In this document: positions 41,516 to 50,923 of the stretch, piece after piece
Layout of the letters: each line of letters opens with the position of its first letter
How positions within the stretch are numbered: the stretch's first letter is position 1
Source of the DNA: an uncultured Clostridium sp.
GTDB lineage: Bacteria; Bacillota; Clostridia; TANB77; CAG-508
Direction of reading: 5' to 3'
Length of the DNA stretch: 64,000 bases
NCBI GenBank assembly: GCA_947364715.1
Contig: CANAUI010000002.1
Location: forward strand, 13,124 to 77,123
Notes under the pieces: model-generated
The model's database searches: none
The model's input: the letters and a program-made list of their open reading frames with translations, nothing else
Told to the model about the DNA's origin: nothing
Position numbers and translations under genes: made by a program

Positions 41516-42370
41516 ATGTTAGACATAATAAAAGAAACAATAGTAGATAGTGTAAAATTAATTCCTTTTTTATTTCTTACATATTTGATAATGGAATACA
41601 TAGAACATAAAACAAAAGAAAAAACGAAGGAAACTATTAAAAAATCAGGAAAATTTGGACCATTTTTTGGAGCTTTACTTGGTATTGTTCCTCAATGTGG
41701 ATTTTCTGTTTCTGCCACAAACTTATATGCAGTAAGAGTAATAACATTAGGTACATTGATTTCAGTTTACCTATCTACTTCAGATGAAATGTTACCTATA
41801 TTTTTATCAGAAGGTGTAGGAATTGATATTATTTTAAAAATATTAGCTATAAAATTGATTATTGGTATGGTAGCAGGATTGATAATAGATGTAGTTATAC
41901 AATTAAAAAGTAAAGGAAAAGAGAATAATGAAAAAATTATTGATTTATGTGAAAAAGAGCATTGTCATTGTGAACATGGAATATGGAACTCTGCATTAAA
42001 ACATACTATAAACATATTTATTTTTATCTCTATAATAACATTTGTTATTAATTTAACAATTTATTTTATAGGAGAAGAAATGATAGCTGGATTTATACTA
42101 GATAAACCAATATTAGGACCAATTATATCTGGAATTATAGGGTTAATTCCAAACTGTGCTTCATCAGTTATTATTACACAAATGTATTTAGAAAACATTA
42201 TATCTATTGGAACAATGATTGCAGGTTTATTAGTTGGTGCAGGTGTGGGACTAGCAGTTTTATTTAGAACAAATAAAGGTATAAAAGAAAATATAAAAAT
42301 TACAGTTTTACTATATTCAATAGGAGTTATATGTGGAATTATATTAGAATTTATAGGACTAAAAATATAA
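41516..42370 (+). CDS. Polytopic membrane protein, putative heavy-metal exporter (ArsP_2-like, from memory of the family)
   Basis: About 8-10 TM segments. The motifs IVPQCGFSVSATNLY and STSDEMLPI fit my recollection of the putative 10TM heavy-metal exporter family. A loop carries the His/Cys cluster CEKEHCHCEHG. Confidence 0.55.
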   Translation: MLDIIKETIVDSVKLIPFLFLTYLIMEYIEHKTKEKTKETIKKSGKFGPFFGALLGIVPQCGFSVSATNLYAVRVITLGTLISVYLSTSDEMLPIFLSEGVGIDIILKILAIKLIIGMVAGLIIDVVIQLKSKGKENNEKIIDLCEKEHCHCEHGIWNSALKHTINIFIFISIITFVINLTIYFIGEEMIAGFILDKPILGPIISGIIGLIPNCASSVIITQMYLENIISIGTMIAGLLVGAGVGLAVLFRTNKGIKENIKITVLLYSIGVICGIILEFIGLKI

Positions 42371-42383
42371 AAGATTACAAATA

Positions 42384-42418
42384 AAAGACTTACGAATTAA
42401 ATTTCATAAGTCTTTTTA
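42384..42418. terminator. Bidirectional terminator between convergent genes
   Basis: aaagactta / taagtcttt stem flanked by an A-run and a T-run. Confidence 0.6.
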
Positions 42419-42423
42419 TAATT

Positions 42424-44751
42424 TTATTTCTTTTCATTTTTCTTGAAATTGATAATAACAGCATCATCATTATCAAATAAATATTTAGAATCTGTAGTAT
42501 CTGTTTGTACTGGATTTATTTCATCTCTTGCATCTGTAAAGTCTAAATTTTTTAAATTAAATTTCTTTTTATATGAAGAATCATCTTCTGTGTCAGTAGT
42601 AGCACCATCAGAATATTTACCAAAATCAAAAGTTTTGATTTTTTGTTTTTCTTTATATTTAGATTCTAAGTAATTAAATCTACCAGGTCCTACCATTAAA
42701 CGTCCACCAATATCTTTAATTTTATATGCACACATTTTATCAGTAAGCATTCCTTGTAATTTTCCAGGTGAAAAGTAATTAACATATGACCATTTTACAT
42801 TACCATATTGAGGTGTATATTTCATTTTTTCAGTATCTAAGTTAACATTGTAAGTCCATTCTCTATGTGAGCCAAATTCTGCAGACCACCATTCTAATTC
42901 AGAAATAACAGCATTACCTGTAAATATTTTATTTGAACAGTTTGATAAAATTGTATGTTTATAATTTTCTCTAGATTTTGGTGTTTCTAATTGTGCTAAA
43001 TTTTGAGCTGAAATGACAGTTCCAACACGATATTTTCTATACATTGTAAAAATAGCTTCTGTTGCTTTACAAATAAAGTCAGGAAATTCATCAACATATA
43101 AGAAATTAGGAACTCTAGAATTTTCTACACCAGGTCTTCTTAAAACAGCATTTTGCATTGACATTAAGAAAAATAGTCCGAATGCTTGATGTGTAGAAGA
43201 GCCTAAATCACCACGTCTTGTACATACAAAGGTAATTTCTCCATTTGCAAGTGCTCTATCAAAATCAATATTGTTAAATCTATTACATAAAATAGATTTA
43301 ACACCAGGTAATCTTAAAAGATTATCTAATTGTGTAATTGCTGAATAAATATCTTTTTCAGTTTGGGCTTTTGCAGGTCCATCTTTATAAAAACATTTTC
43401 TAAAGTATGCAAGTTGTATAGAATATTTTTCTTTCAACTCTTCATCATGTGCTAATATTTCACACATTTTTTCTACTAATTCAAAATTAGTGAACATTTT
43501 TAACATATCTTCTATATTAGGTAGTGCACCTTCGTTCATTCTAGGGTACATTTCTTTTAGTAAAATAGCTAAGTTTTCAATAGCTTGAATAATAAAGTCT
43601 TCTCTGTATGCATCTTCAGTTTCTTCATGTGCATTACTATACATAGACTTTAAAGCAGAAGATATAGTAACTGCTATTTTTGAAGGCTCATCATAAACAA
43701 AAGGATTTAGTCCAACTGAATTAGGATTTGATGGGTCAATTATATTATATGTAAATCCATAATTATCACAAATTTGTATCATATGGTCAAGTAATTCATA
43801 ATCTGGAGACATAATTTCTAATCCTAAATTTTTATATACGTTTTTACCATCTAATGTTCCTAAAATCATCTTTTTCATATAAGCATTATAAACATCTTCT
43901 TTACCTTTAACAGGAGTAAGCATTTCTAATCTAAAGTTTTTGTTTAGATAATCATTATTATAAGGTTTATTTAAAAAGGCAATACCTGTTTTTAGAGCGG
44001 TAAATCCCATTTCTTTAGAAACTTCCCTAAAGAAGAATTTTTTCTCAATATCTCTAGCAATCATTGGTTCGAAAATTAAAGAAGTTTTCCCTGTTCCAGA
44101 ACCACCACATACAAATAATGATAAATATCTAGATACCTCTGGTATAATAATGGTTTTTCCAAAATCATTATCTGTACATAAAAATACTTCACAAGTATAT
44201 ACACCTCTGTCTTTTTTAGGGTCAGATAAATTAATACCTTTATAATCCCAAATAGAACGAACTTGGTCTAAGTTATCATTAATACCCATATATAGCCAAT
44301 TGAATAATGGGAATGCAGTAACTAATGGTAAATAAAGTGAAATACTACTAAATGCAGGTTTTACAATATCAGAAAAATTTGTAATTAAATCCACATAATC
44401 AGGAACAGAAAGTAATAATAACCAAGCTCCCATATTTAGCCATTGGGTAAACATCGAAACTGCAATGACATATAGTCCAATAACATATATGTAAAAGATT
44501 GCTACTTTTTTCATATTTGATGTTACAAATTCAGAATGACCTGAAAATAAAAATGCAAAAATTGGACATGCTAAAGCTAATGTATATTTTATAGGTCCCC
44601 AATAAGAGTAAGAAACACCTGTAAATATCATAAGAAGCATTTCAACAATACGGTCTACAGCTAAATATACAGTTAGTAATGTTAAAATATATGTTGCAAA
44701 AGTATTTCTACTTATATTTAATTTCTTTAAAAATTTATCTATGAATTTCAT
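42424..44751 (-). CDS. Orphan type IV coupling protein-like ATPase (VirD4/TraG/TraD family) with a 4-5 TM N-terminal region
   Basis: Walker A VCGGSGTGKTS (nt ~44084-44109), Walker B FLYVDEFPDF, and the T4CP-like block VISAQNLAQLE...ILSNCSNKIFTGNAV..E..WWSAEFG. The C-terminal tail is acidic. Confidence 0.75.
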   Translation of the reverse strand: MKFIDKFLKKLNISRNTFATYILTLLTVYLAVDRIVEMLLMIFTGVSYSYWGPIKYTLALACPIFAFLFSGHSEFVTSNMKKVAIFYIYVIGLYVIAVSMFTQWLNMGAWLLLLSVPDYVDLITNFSDIVKPAFSSISLYLPLVTAFPLFNWLYMGINDNLDQVRSIWDYKGINLSDPKKDRGVYTCEVFLCTDNDFGKTIIIPEVSRYLSLFVCGGSGTGKTSLIFEPMIARDIEKKFFFREVSKEMGFTALKTGIAFLNKPYNNDYLNKNFRLEMLTPVKGKEDVYNAYMKKMILGTLDGKNVYKNLGLEIMSPDYELLDHMIQICDNYGFTYNIIDPSNPNSVGLNPFVYDEPSKIAVTISSALKSMYSNAHEETEDAYREDFIIQAIENLAILLKEMYPRMNEGALPNIEDMLKMFTNFELVEKMCEILAHDEELKEKYSIQLAYFRKCFYKDGPAKAQTEKDIYSAITQLDNLLRLPGVKSILCNRFNNIDFDRALANGEITFVCTRRGDLGSSTHQAFGLFFLMSMQNAVLRRPGVENSRVPNFLYVDEFPDFICKATEAIFTMYRKYRVGTVISAQNLAQLETPKSRENYKHTILSNCSNKIFTGNAVISELEWWSAEFGSHREWTYNVNLDTEKMKYTPQYGNVKWSYVNYFSPGKLQGMLTDKMCAYKIKDIGGRLMVGPGRFNYLESKYKEKQKIKTFDFGKYSDGATTDTEDDSSYKKKFNLKNLDFTDARDEINPVQTDTTDSKYLFDNDDAVIINFKKNEKK

Positions 44752-44989
44752 TTAAAGTATCCTTTCAAAATTTATAGTCATACATATATATTATCCTACA
44801 AAACAGCTAAAAAAACAAGACTTTTTGCTAAATTTGTTTACCTAAAATTTCTTAAAGGTTAAAATTCATAGTCAAAAAAATATTTAAAAAAGTATAAAAT
44901 TTATAAAATCTATGTTATAATTGAAATACATTTAAATACTTGAAATATATATACTAAAAAGTAAGATAGATATAGAGGAGAAAAAGGAA

Positions 44990-46627
44990 ATGAGAGATAC
45001 AAAAGGGGTTACATTGATAGCACTTATAATTACAATTATTATATTATTAATATTAGCAGGAGTATCAATAGCAATGCTAACAGGTGATAATGGAATATTA
45101 AAAAATGCAAATAAATCAAAAGAAGCAACAGAGATATCAGAAGAAAAAGAAAAAGTAACAATGTCACAAAATGCAGATTTAGTAGCAAATCATGGTAAAA
45201 ATAACACAAAACAAGGATTACAACAAGAACTAGATAATATAGAAGGAATCAACAAAACAAAGGTAATAAAAGATGGAAAAGATAGTTATATAGTAACTTT
45301 TTTAGAAACCAATAGAAGTTATAGAATAAAAAATGGAAAAGAAATAGAAGGGCCAATAGACATAGAAATAGTAACAGATAATCAAGCAGGAGATATAACT
45401 AAAGGAAACACTTTAGATGGAACAAAAGAAAATCCATATAAAATAAATTGTATAGAAGATTTAGTAGATTTTTCAAACAAATCTAAAACAAATAATTTTT
45501 TAGGAAAAGAAATAATAATGACAAGAAATTTAGACTTCCAGTCAGAATTGTCTTATGAAGATTATCAAACAACTAAATATGGAGATATAAATAATGATGG
45601 CAAAATTAGTGAACTAATGGAAGAATTAACAACAGGTACAGGTTTTGAAACAATAAATATGTTTCAAGGAACTTTTGATGGAAAAAATAATAAACTAAAT
45701 AATTTATATATAAATTCAGACAAAGGTGTGATAGGATTTTTTAGTGAAATTAAGAATGCAACAATAAAAAACTTAATTATAAATGGAGAAATTTATTGTA
45801 GACGTACTGGAGTTGCTGGAGGAATAGTCGCATATGCGTCAGGAAATGTTTTGTTATATAATTTAGAATATAATGGAAAAATAGAAGTGACAGAAGATAT
45901 ATCTATGAATGCTATAGGAGGAATACTTGGATATGGAAAGAAAGATAGTCAGATAGAAATTAATCAATGTAGAAATAAAACTAATATAAATGAACAAGCA
46001 GATATAGGAGGTATTTGTGGAAAAACTGAAATAAAAATAAGAATTGTAAATTGCTATAATGAAGGTAATTTAACTGCGAAAGTAAAGAATGAAGACTCAA
46101 ATATACACTATTTTTCGATAGGGGGAATTATAGGAAGTGGAAAGGTAAGTTATATTAATATTGAAAATTGCTATAATAAAGGAAATATAGTAAATGAGTT
46201 AAATGGAACTTATAGTGGAGCAGGTGGAATAATTGGTGCTACAGGAAATTCAACAGTAAACATAAGCAATTGCTATAATATAGGAAAAACAAGTTCAAAA
46301 TATTCATATATAGCTCCATTTGCTGGAGGAATTCAGGGAGGATTTTGGTATGGGACCTATAAATCAATAATAAGTAATTGCTATTATGATGGTAATAAAA
46401 GTGATAGAAGTGTAGGTGGAGCAAAAGAAGAATATGCAACAAAGTTAACAACTGAACAAATGCAAGGAAAAGAAAATATAGAAAATCAAGATGGAACAAG
46501 TAGTACATTAGTAGAATTATTGAATAAAGAAATAGATAATAATACAAACAATATAGATACAACAGGTTGGTTAAAGTGGAAACAAGGAGAAGATGGTTAT
46601 CCAGATATTGATATGAGTAGTAATTGA
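44990..46627 (+). CDS. Pilin-like-leader protein with GLUG-motif repeats (adhesin-like)
   Basis: N-terminus is MRDTKG|VTLIALIITIIILLILAGVSI. The C-terminal half has repeated NCYN.G......GGI(I/L)G units typical of GLUG-motif domains. Confidence 0.75.
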   Translation: MRDTKGVTLIALIITIIILLILAGVSIAMLTGDNGILKNANKSKEATEISEEKEKVTMSQNADLVANHGKNNTKQGLQQELDNIEGINKTKVIKDGKDSYIVTFLETNRSYRIKNGKEIEGPIDIEIVTDNQAGDITKGNTLDGTKENPYKINCIEDLVDFSNKSKTNNFLGKEIIMTRNLDFQSELSYEDYQTTKYGDINNDGKISELMEELTTGTGFETINMFQGTFDGKNNKLNNLYINSDKGVIGFFSEIKNATIKNLIINGEIYCRRTGVAGGIVAYASGNVLLYNLEYNGKIEVTEDISMNAIGGILGYGKKDSQIEINQCRNKTNINEQADIGGICGKTEIKIRIVNCYNEGNLTAKVKNEDSNIHYFSIGGIIGSGKVSYINIENCYNKGNIVNELNGTYSGAGGIIGATGNSTVNISNCYNIGKTSSKYSYIAPFAGGIQGGFWYGTYKSIISNCYYDGNKSDRSVGGAKEEYATKLTTEQMQGKENIENQDGTSSTLVELLNKEIDNNTNNIDTTGWLKWKQGEDGYPDIDMSSN

Positions 46628-46750
46628 ATTTATTAATACATTCTCATCAAATGGTATAAATTAGTATAAAAAATCTATATTTGAATATACTATTATGAAA
46701 AAAGACAAAGATAAATTATCTGAGGACAGCAATGGCAAAATGAGAAAGGA

Positions 46751-47047
46751 ATGAATTCTATTATGGAAGATAAATTTGTTAAAGAAAGTGAAATAGAAAA
46801 TATAGGTGAGAAAGAAAGGGAGATAGAGCTTATACGAAATATTATTAAAACAAGAAAAGAATTAAAAAATGTAGATAAAAATTTTGAATATGCACAAGAT
46901 GATTTAATAGATTATTATATATATGAAATGAAAGCAAATCAAGCAAAATTAGATTATTTAATTAAAATTGCAAAAATGAAGGGAATTACTGTAGATATGA
47001 TTAATGATATAAAATATAAACTTTCTAATGATGAAGAAGTAGGATAG
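46751..47047 (+). CDS. YaaL-like (DUF2508) small protein
   Basis: The DLIDYYIYEMKANQAKLDYLIKIAK pattern resembles B. subtilis YaaL. It lies directly upstream of bofA, as in Bacillus. Confidence 0.55.
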   Translation: MNSIMEDKFVKESEIENIGEKEREIELIRNIIKTRKELKNVDKNFEYAQDDLIDYYIYEMKANQAKLDYLIKIAKMKGITVDMINDIKYKLSNDEEVG

Positions 47048-47116
47048 GTCTATTTGTCCATTTGATAGCATAATTATGAATAAGAGAATATATATGTTAT
47101 CAAGTGGAGGTAAGGA

Positions 47117-47377
47117 ATGGATATAAATATTATTACATATTTAGCTTGTATCTGTTTTATATTTATTATTGGAAGAATTTTTATAGTTCCATTAAAGAAG
47201 ATATTAAAATTAATTATAAATTCAATATTTGGAGGTATTGTTATCTATGTAATTAATTTGATAGGTGCTAATTTTGGATTTCATATAGGTTTAAATATTG
47301 TTAATAGTATCATAATAGGATTATTGGGATTACCTGGAGTAGTTTGTCTAATCATTGTTAAATTATTAGTTGGATAA
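47117..47377 (+). CDS. bofA: Pro-sigma-K processing inhibitor BofA
   Basis: 86-aa two-TM protein. The C-terminal G.HIGLN.VN..I.G.LG.PGV..L...K closely matches BofA. Confidence 0.7.
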   Translation: MDINIITYLACICFIFIIGRIFIVPLKKILKLIINSIFGGIVIYVINLIGANFGFHIGLNIVNSIIIGLLGLPGVVCLIIVKLLVG

Positions 47378-47410
47378 ACATTAAGGTGTATTTTTAATAA
47401 TGTATATATT

Positions 47411-47458
47411 TCAAAGCTGTAAATCTAAGACTATATACTCTTAGATTTACAGCTTTGA
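47411..47458. terminator. Strong bidirectional terminator between bofA and glmS
   Basis: 20-bp perfect stem tcaaagctgtaaatctaaga / tcttagatttacagctttga with an 8-nt loop. Confidence 0.8.
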
Positions 47459-47491
47459 AGTTTATATAAACTGTATCTTATATTAAGATTT

Positions 47492-49333
47492 TTATTCTAC
47501 TGTAACAGATTTTGCCAAGTTCCTAGGCTTATCAACATCTAATCCTTTTTCCTTTGAAATATAATATGATAATAATTGTAAAGGAATAATTGACAAAATT
47601 GTTGAAATATATGGGCTAGTTTCAGGTATTTCTAACACAATATCAAACATAGAGTTATCAATTTTTTGATTTGTAACAATAAATGTTTTAGCTCCACGAG
47701 TAATAACTTCTTGAAGATTACTAATTGTTTTTTCAACTAAAGTAGAATCTGTCATAATTCCTACAACAGTTATATCTTTTTCTATTAAAGCGATTGGTCC
47801 ATGTTTTAATTCACCAGCAGGGTAACTTTCTGAATGAATATATGAAATCTCTTTTAATTTTAAAGACCCTTCTCTAGCAACGGTTTCATCTATACCTCTA
47901 CCTATAAAGAAGATATCTTTTTCTTGATAAATTTCTTTTGCAAAATTTTGAATTTTATTTTTTAATTTTAGACAGGTTTCAATTTTTGCTGGTAAATTTA
48001 AAATTTCTTTTTTTAGTTCATATAATTTTTCAGAATCTTTTTCCAATATTTCTGCAAAGTAAATAGCTAATATAACCATCAAAACAACTTGTGAAGTATA
48101 TGCTTTAGTAGAAGCAACTGCAATTTCTGGTCCAGCATGTGTATAAATAGAATAATCTGCTTCTCTTGTAATAGAACTTCCAATAACATTAGAAACTGCA
48201 AGTGTTTTAGCTCCTTTTTGCTTTGATAATTTTAAGGCAGCAATTGTATCAGCTGTTTCTCCTGATTGAGAAATAAAAATACATAATGTTTTATCATCAA
48301 TTAACGGATTTCTATACCTGAATTCAGAAGCAATATCTACTTCAGTCGGGATTTGGCAAAGTTTTTCAATAATATTTTTTCCTACTAATCCAGCATGCAT
48401 AGCTGTACCACAAGCAACAATATAAATTTTATTTAAACTTGATAAATATTCTTTTGTAAATTTTAATTCATCAAATTCACATTTTGAGTTTTCACTAAAT
48501 TTAGCTCCAATAGTTTCACGAATAGCAGTTGGTTGTTCATGAATCTCTTTTAGCATAAAATCTTCATAACCATTTTTTTCACTACTAGTAGCATTCCATT
48601 CTATATTTTGAGTTTTTTTATCTAATCTATTTAAATCTTTATCATAAAATTCAGCAGAATCTCTTGATAAAAATACATATTCAAAATCATTTAAAAGATA
48701 GAAATTTCTAGTAAATGACAAAATTGCTGGAATATCTGAAGAAATATAGTTTTCATCTATTCCTTTTCCAATAACTAAAGGACTATCTTTTCTAACAACA
48801 ATCATATTATCAGCAAAGTCTTTACAAAGGATTTCTAGAGCGAAACTTCCTTTTAAATCACAGCAAGCATTTTTTACTGATGTTAATAATTTAGTTTTTC
48901 CTGTTTCTTTTGTTTGTTTTGTATAATAATAGTGAATTAAATTTGGAATAACTTCTGTATCTGTATTAGAGTAAAAATTGTATCCATTATCTATTAAAAA
49001 TTTTCTTAATTCATTATAATTTTCTATAATACCATTATGAACAACACTAAATGTTTTTGAATTATCTTGATGTGGGTGTGCATTTTCCTTAGATGGTTTT
49101 CCATGTGTTGCCCATCTAGTATGTGCAATACCAATAGTACCTTTTAAATTATCAATGCCATCTAAATTATATAAATTTTTTACCCTTCCTTTATTTTTCA
49201 TTACAACTAAGCCTTCTGATTCAATAGTTGAAATACCAGCAGAGTCATAACCCCTGTATTCTAATCTTAAAAGTCCATTAATTAAAATTGGACTTGCTTT
49301 TTGTTTTCCTATATAACCTACAATTCCACACAT
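47492..49333 (-). CDS. glmS: Glutamine--fructose-6-phosphate aminotransferase
   Basis: MCGIVGYIG N-terminal nucleophile, two SIS domains, and the C-terminal LAKSVTVE. Confidence 0.97.
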   Translation of the reverse strand: MCGIVGYIGKQKASPILINGLLRLEYRGYDSAGISTIESEGLVVMKNKGRVKNLYNLDGIDNLKGTIGIAHTRWATHGKPSKENAHPHQDNSKTFSVVHNGIIENYNELRKFLIDNGYNFYSNTDTEVIPNLIHYYYTKQTKETGKTKLLTSVKNACCDLKGSFALEILCKDFADNMIVVRKDSPLVIGKGIDENYISSDIPAILSFTRNFYLLNDFEYVFLSRDSAEFYDKDLNRLDKKTQNIEWNATSSEKNGYEDFMLKEIHEQPTAIRETIGAKFSENSKCEFDELKFTKEYLSSLNKIYIVACGTAMHAGLVGKNIIEKLCQIPTEVDIASEFRYRNPLIDDKTLCIFISQSGETADTIAALKLSKQKGAKTLAVSNVIGSSITREADYSIYTHAGPEIAVASTKAYTSQVVLMVILAIYFAEILEKDSEKLYELKKEILNLPAKIETCLKLKNKIQNFAKEIYQEKDIFFIGRGIDETVAREGSLKLKEISYIHSESYPAGELKHGPIALIEKDITVVGIMTDSTLVEKTISNLQEVITRGAKTFIVTNQKIDNSMFDIVLEIPETSPYISTILSIIPLQLLSYYISKEKGLDVDKPRNLAKSVTVE

Positions 49334-49399
49334 AATATAAATCCTCCTAATTCTTTTTTGGAATTAAAGGTATGCAAATAAAACTTATATGTATAGATT

Positions 49400-49530
49400 T
49401 TTGTTACAATATTACTATTGTTTTTTTTATCAATACTTATGACCATAAGTGAAGGCCATTAGAGCATCCGCCGAATCTTTCGATAACTCTAAACCTCGTC
49501 AACACTATAAAATAGTGTCCAGGCGCTATA
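49400..49530 (-). ncRNA. glmS ribozyme/riboswitch in the glmS leader
   Basis: The minus strand reads AGCGCCUGGACACUAUUUUAUAGUGUUGACGAGGUUUAGAGUUAUCGAAAGAUUCGGCGGAUGCUCUAAUGGCC.... This matches the conserved AGCGCC..GACGAGG..GUUAUCGAA..UUCGGCGGAUGC core. The 3' boundary (P3/P4) is uncertain. Confidence 0.85.
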
Positions 49531-49809
49531 TATAATTTAAATATTTTCCCTCCTTGTAAAAATCTTTTTGCATACTTTTAATTTATTTCTATTTTATTAT
49601 ATTATAGTAAAGTAAAAAAATAAGCAAGTCCTTTATAAATTTTTAATAAAAATAATATTTAAAAAATATGTGTTAAAAATATTTATATATTGACTTTTTT
49701 CATGTATAATTAAATAAAATACAATAAAGTAACTATTTTTATATAAAAAATTTAGGTTTTAATTAAAAATCCTTATTTTAAGAGATATATACAAAAAAAT
49801 TAAGTAATC

Positions 49810-49834
49810 TTACTACTAATTTACTACTTTTGAA
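49810..49834 (+). promoter_or_regulatory. Conserved 25-nt box, copy 1 (TTACTAC-N4-TTACTAC-TTTTGAA)
   Basis: ttactactaatttactacttttgaa lies ~75 nt upstream of ORF 49911. It is 24/25 identical to 50692-50716. Confidence 0.35.
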
Positions 49835-49910
49835 GAGAGAAAAAAATTTTTGAAAATATGGGTATGTACCACTTCACATAAATAAAGTATAATTATATTG
49901 AGGGATTAAT

Positions 49911-50489
49911 ATGGATTATAAAAAGATTTTTACTGAAAATGATTTAACAAATATTGCTAAATTTTTTACTTATATGCAAAATAAGTTTGAGTATGGTTGG
50001 ATTGATAAAGATGGAAATAGACACTATGGAATTAATGATGCTCAATCTTATAGTTTACAATCACCTAACGAATTGTTAAAAAGCCATATAGGAATTTGCT
50101 GGGATATGGCAGAGTTATCTAGATGTTTTTTTGAAAATATGACTTCTTTAAAATATGAAACTTATTATCTATTGTATGATGATAATAAAGGTTGTCCTAG
50201 CCATACTATCTTAGTATTTTACGACAAAAATAAAGTCTATTGGTTTGAACCTATGTTTAATGATAAAAATTGTTTTTATAGTGGTATACATGAATATGAT
50301 AATATTACTAAATTACTGGAAGACTTTAAACACACTTTTATTAAAAGTGCAGTGACTAATGAGTTAATCCCGATTGATTATAATTCATCTAATATTCAAA
50401 TATATAAATACACTGCACCTAAAAAGCATATTAATGGTTATGAAATGCGAAATCATATTAATAATAGTGAATTTATAAATATCAAATAG
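49911..50489 (+). CDS. Cytoplasmic transglutaminase-like / papain-fold protein (putative Cys-His pair)
   Basis: GICWDMAELSRCFF (candidate nucleophile Cys), SHTILVFY (His) and WFEP have the order and spacing typical of transglutaminase-core folds. The assignment is tentative. Confidence 0.5.
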   Translation: MDYKKIFTENDLTNIAKFFTYMQNKFEYGWIDKDGNRHYGINDAQSYSLQSPNELLKSHIGICWDMAELSRCFFENMTSLKYETYYLLYDDNKGCPSHTILVFYDKNKVYWFEPMFNDKNCFYSGIHEYDNITKLLEDFKHTFIKSAVTNELIPIDYNSSNIQIYKYTAPKKHINGYEMRNHINNSEFINIK

Positions 50490-50691
50490 AGAAAAATAAT
50501 ATAGTATTCTTTTAATTTTAAATAAAGCTACATGCTTCATGCTACATAATAAGGGTAATACTATACCTTATTATGGCGAAGACTTTAGTGGCGTAGCCAC
50601 TAGTCTCGCCTATAAGACTATACTTTGATACTATTACATTACATAGTATTTTTTTATATTTTATAAGAATACTTTAAAAATTTTCTGAATT

Positions 50692-50716
50692 TTACTACCA
50701 ATTTACTACTTTTGAA
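50692..50716 (+). promoter_or_regulatory. Conserved 25-nt box, copy 2
   Basis: ttactaccaatttactacttttgaa lies ~210 nt upstream of ORF 50924. Confidence 0.35.
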
Positions 50717-50923
50717 AGCCAAAATATAAGAAATTATAAAAATATATGTGAATACTTCTAAAAATAAAAATGCCATAAATACTTAAAAATAAAGGATATA
50801 ATAACATCTAAGAACTTATAAAAAGATAGTCAAAAATTATATAACTTTTATATAAAAAAATAGTTAAACAATATTAAAGACATATAAAGTTATAAAAATA
50901 AAAATATGAAAGGTTAAAGAAAT

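Noticed and set aside
42424-46627. Calling this region an integrative conjugative element or plasmid remnant on the basis of the VirD4/TraG-like ATPase.
   Set aside because: The 64 kb contain no relaxase, VirB4/TraE-like ATPase, integrase, replication or partition gene, and no flanking direct repeats or tRNA. Composition and codon usage look native. It is kept only as one hypothesis within the finding.
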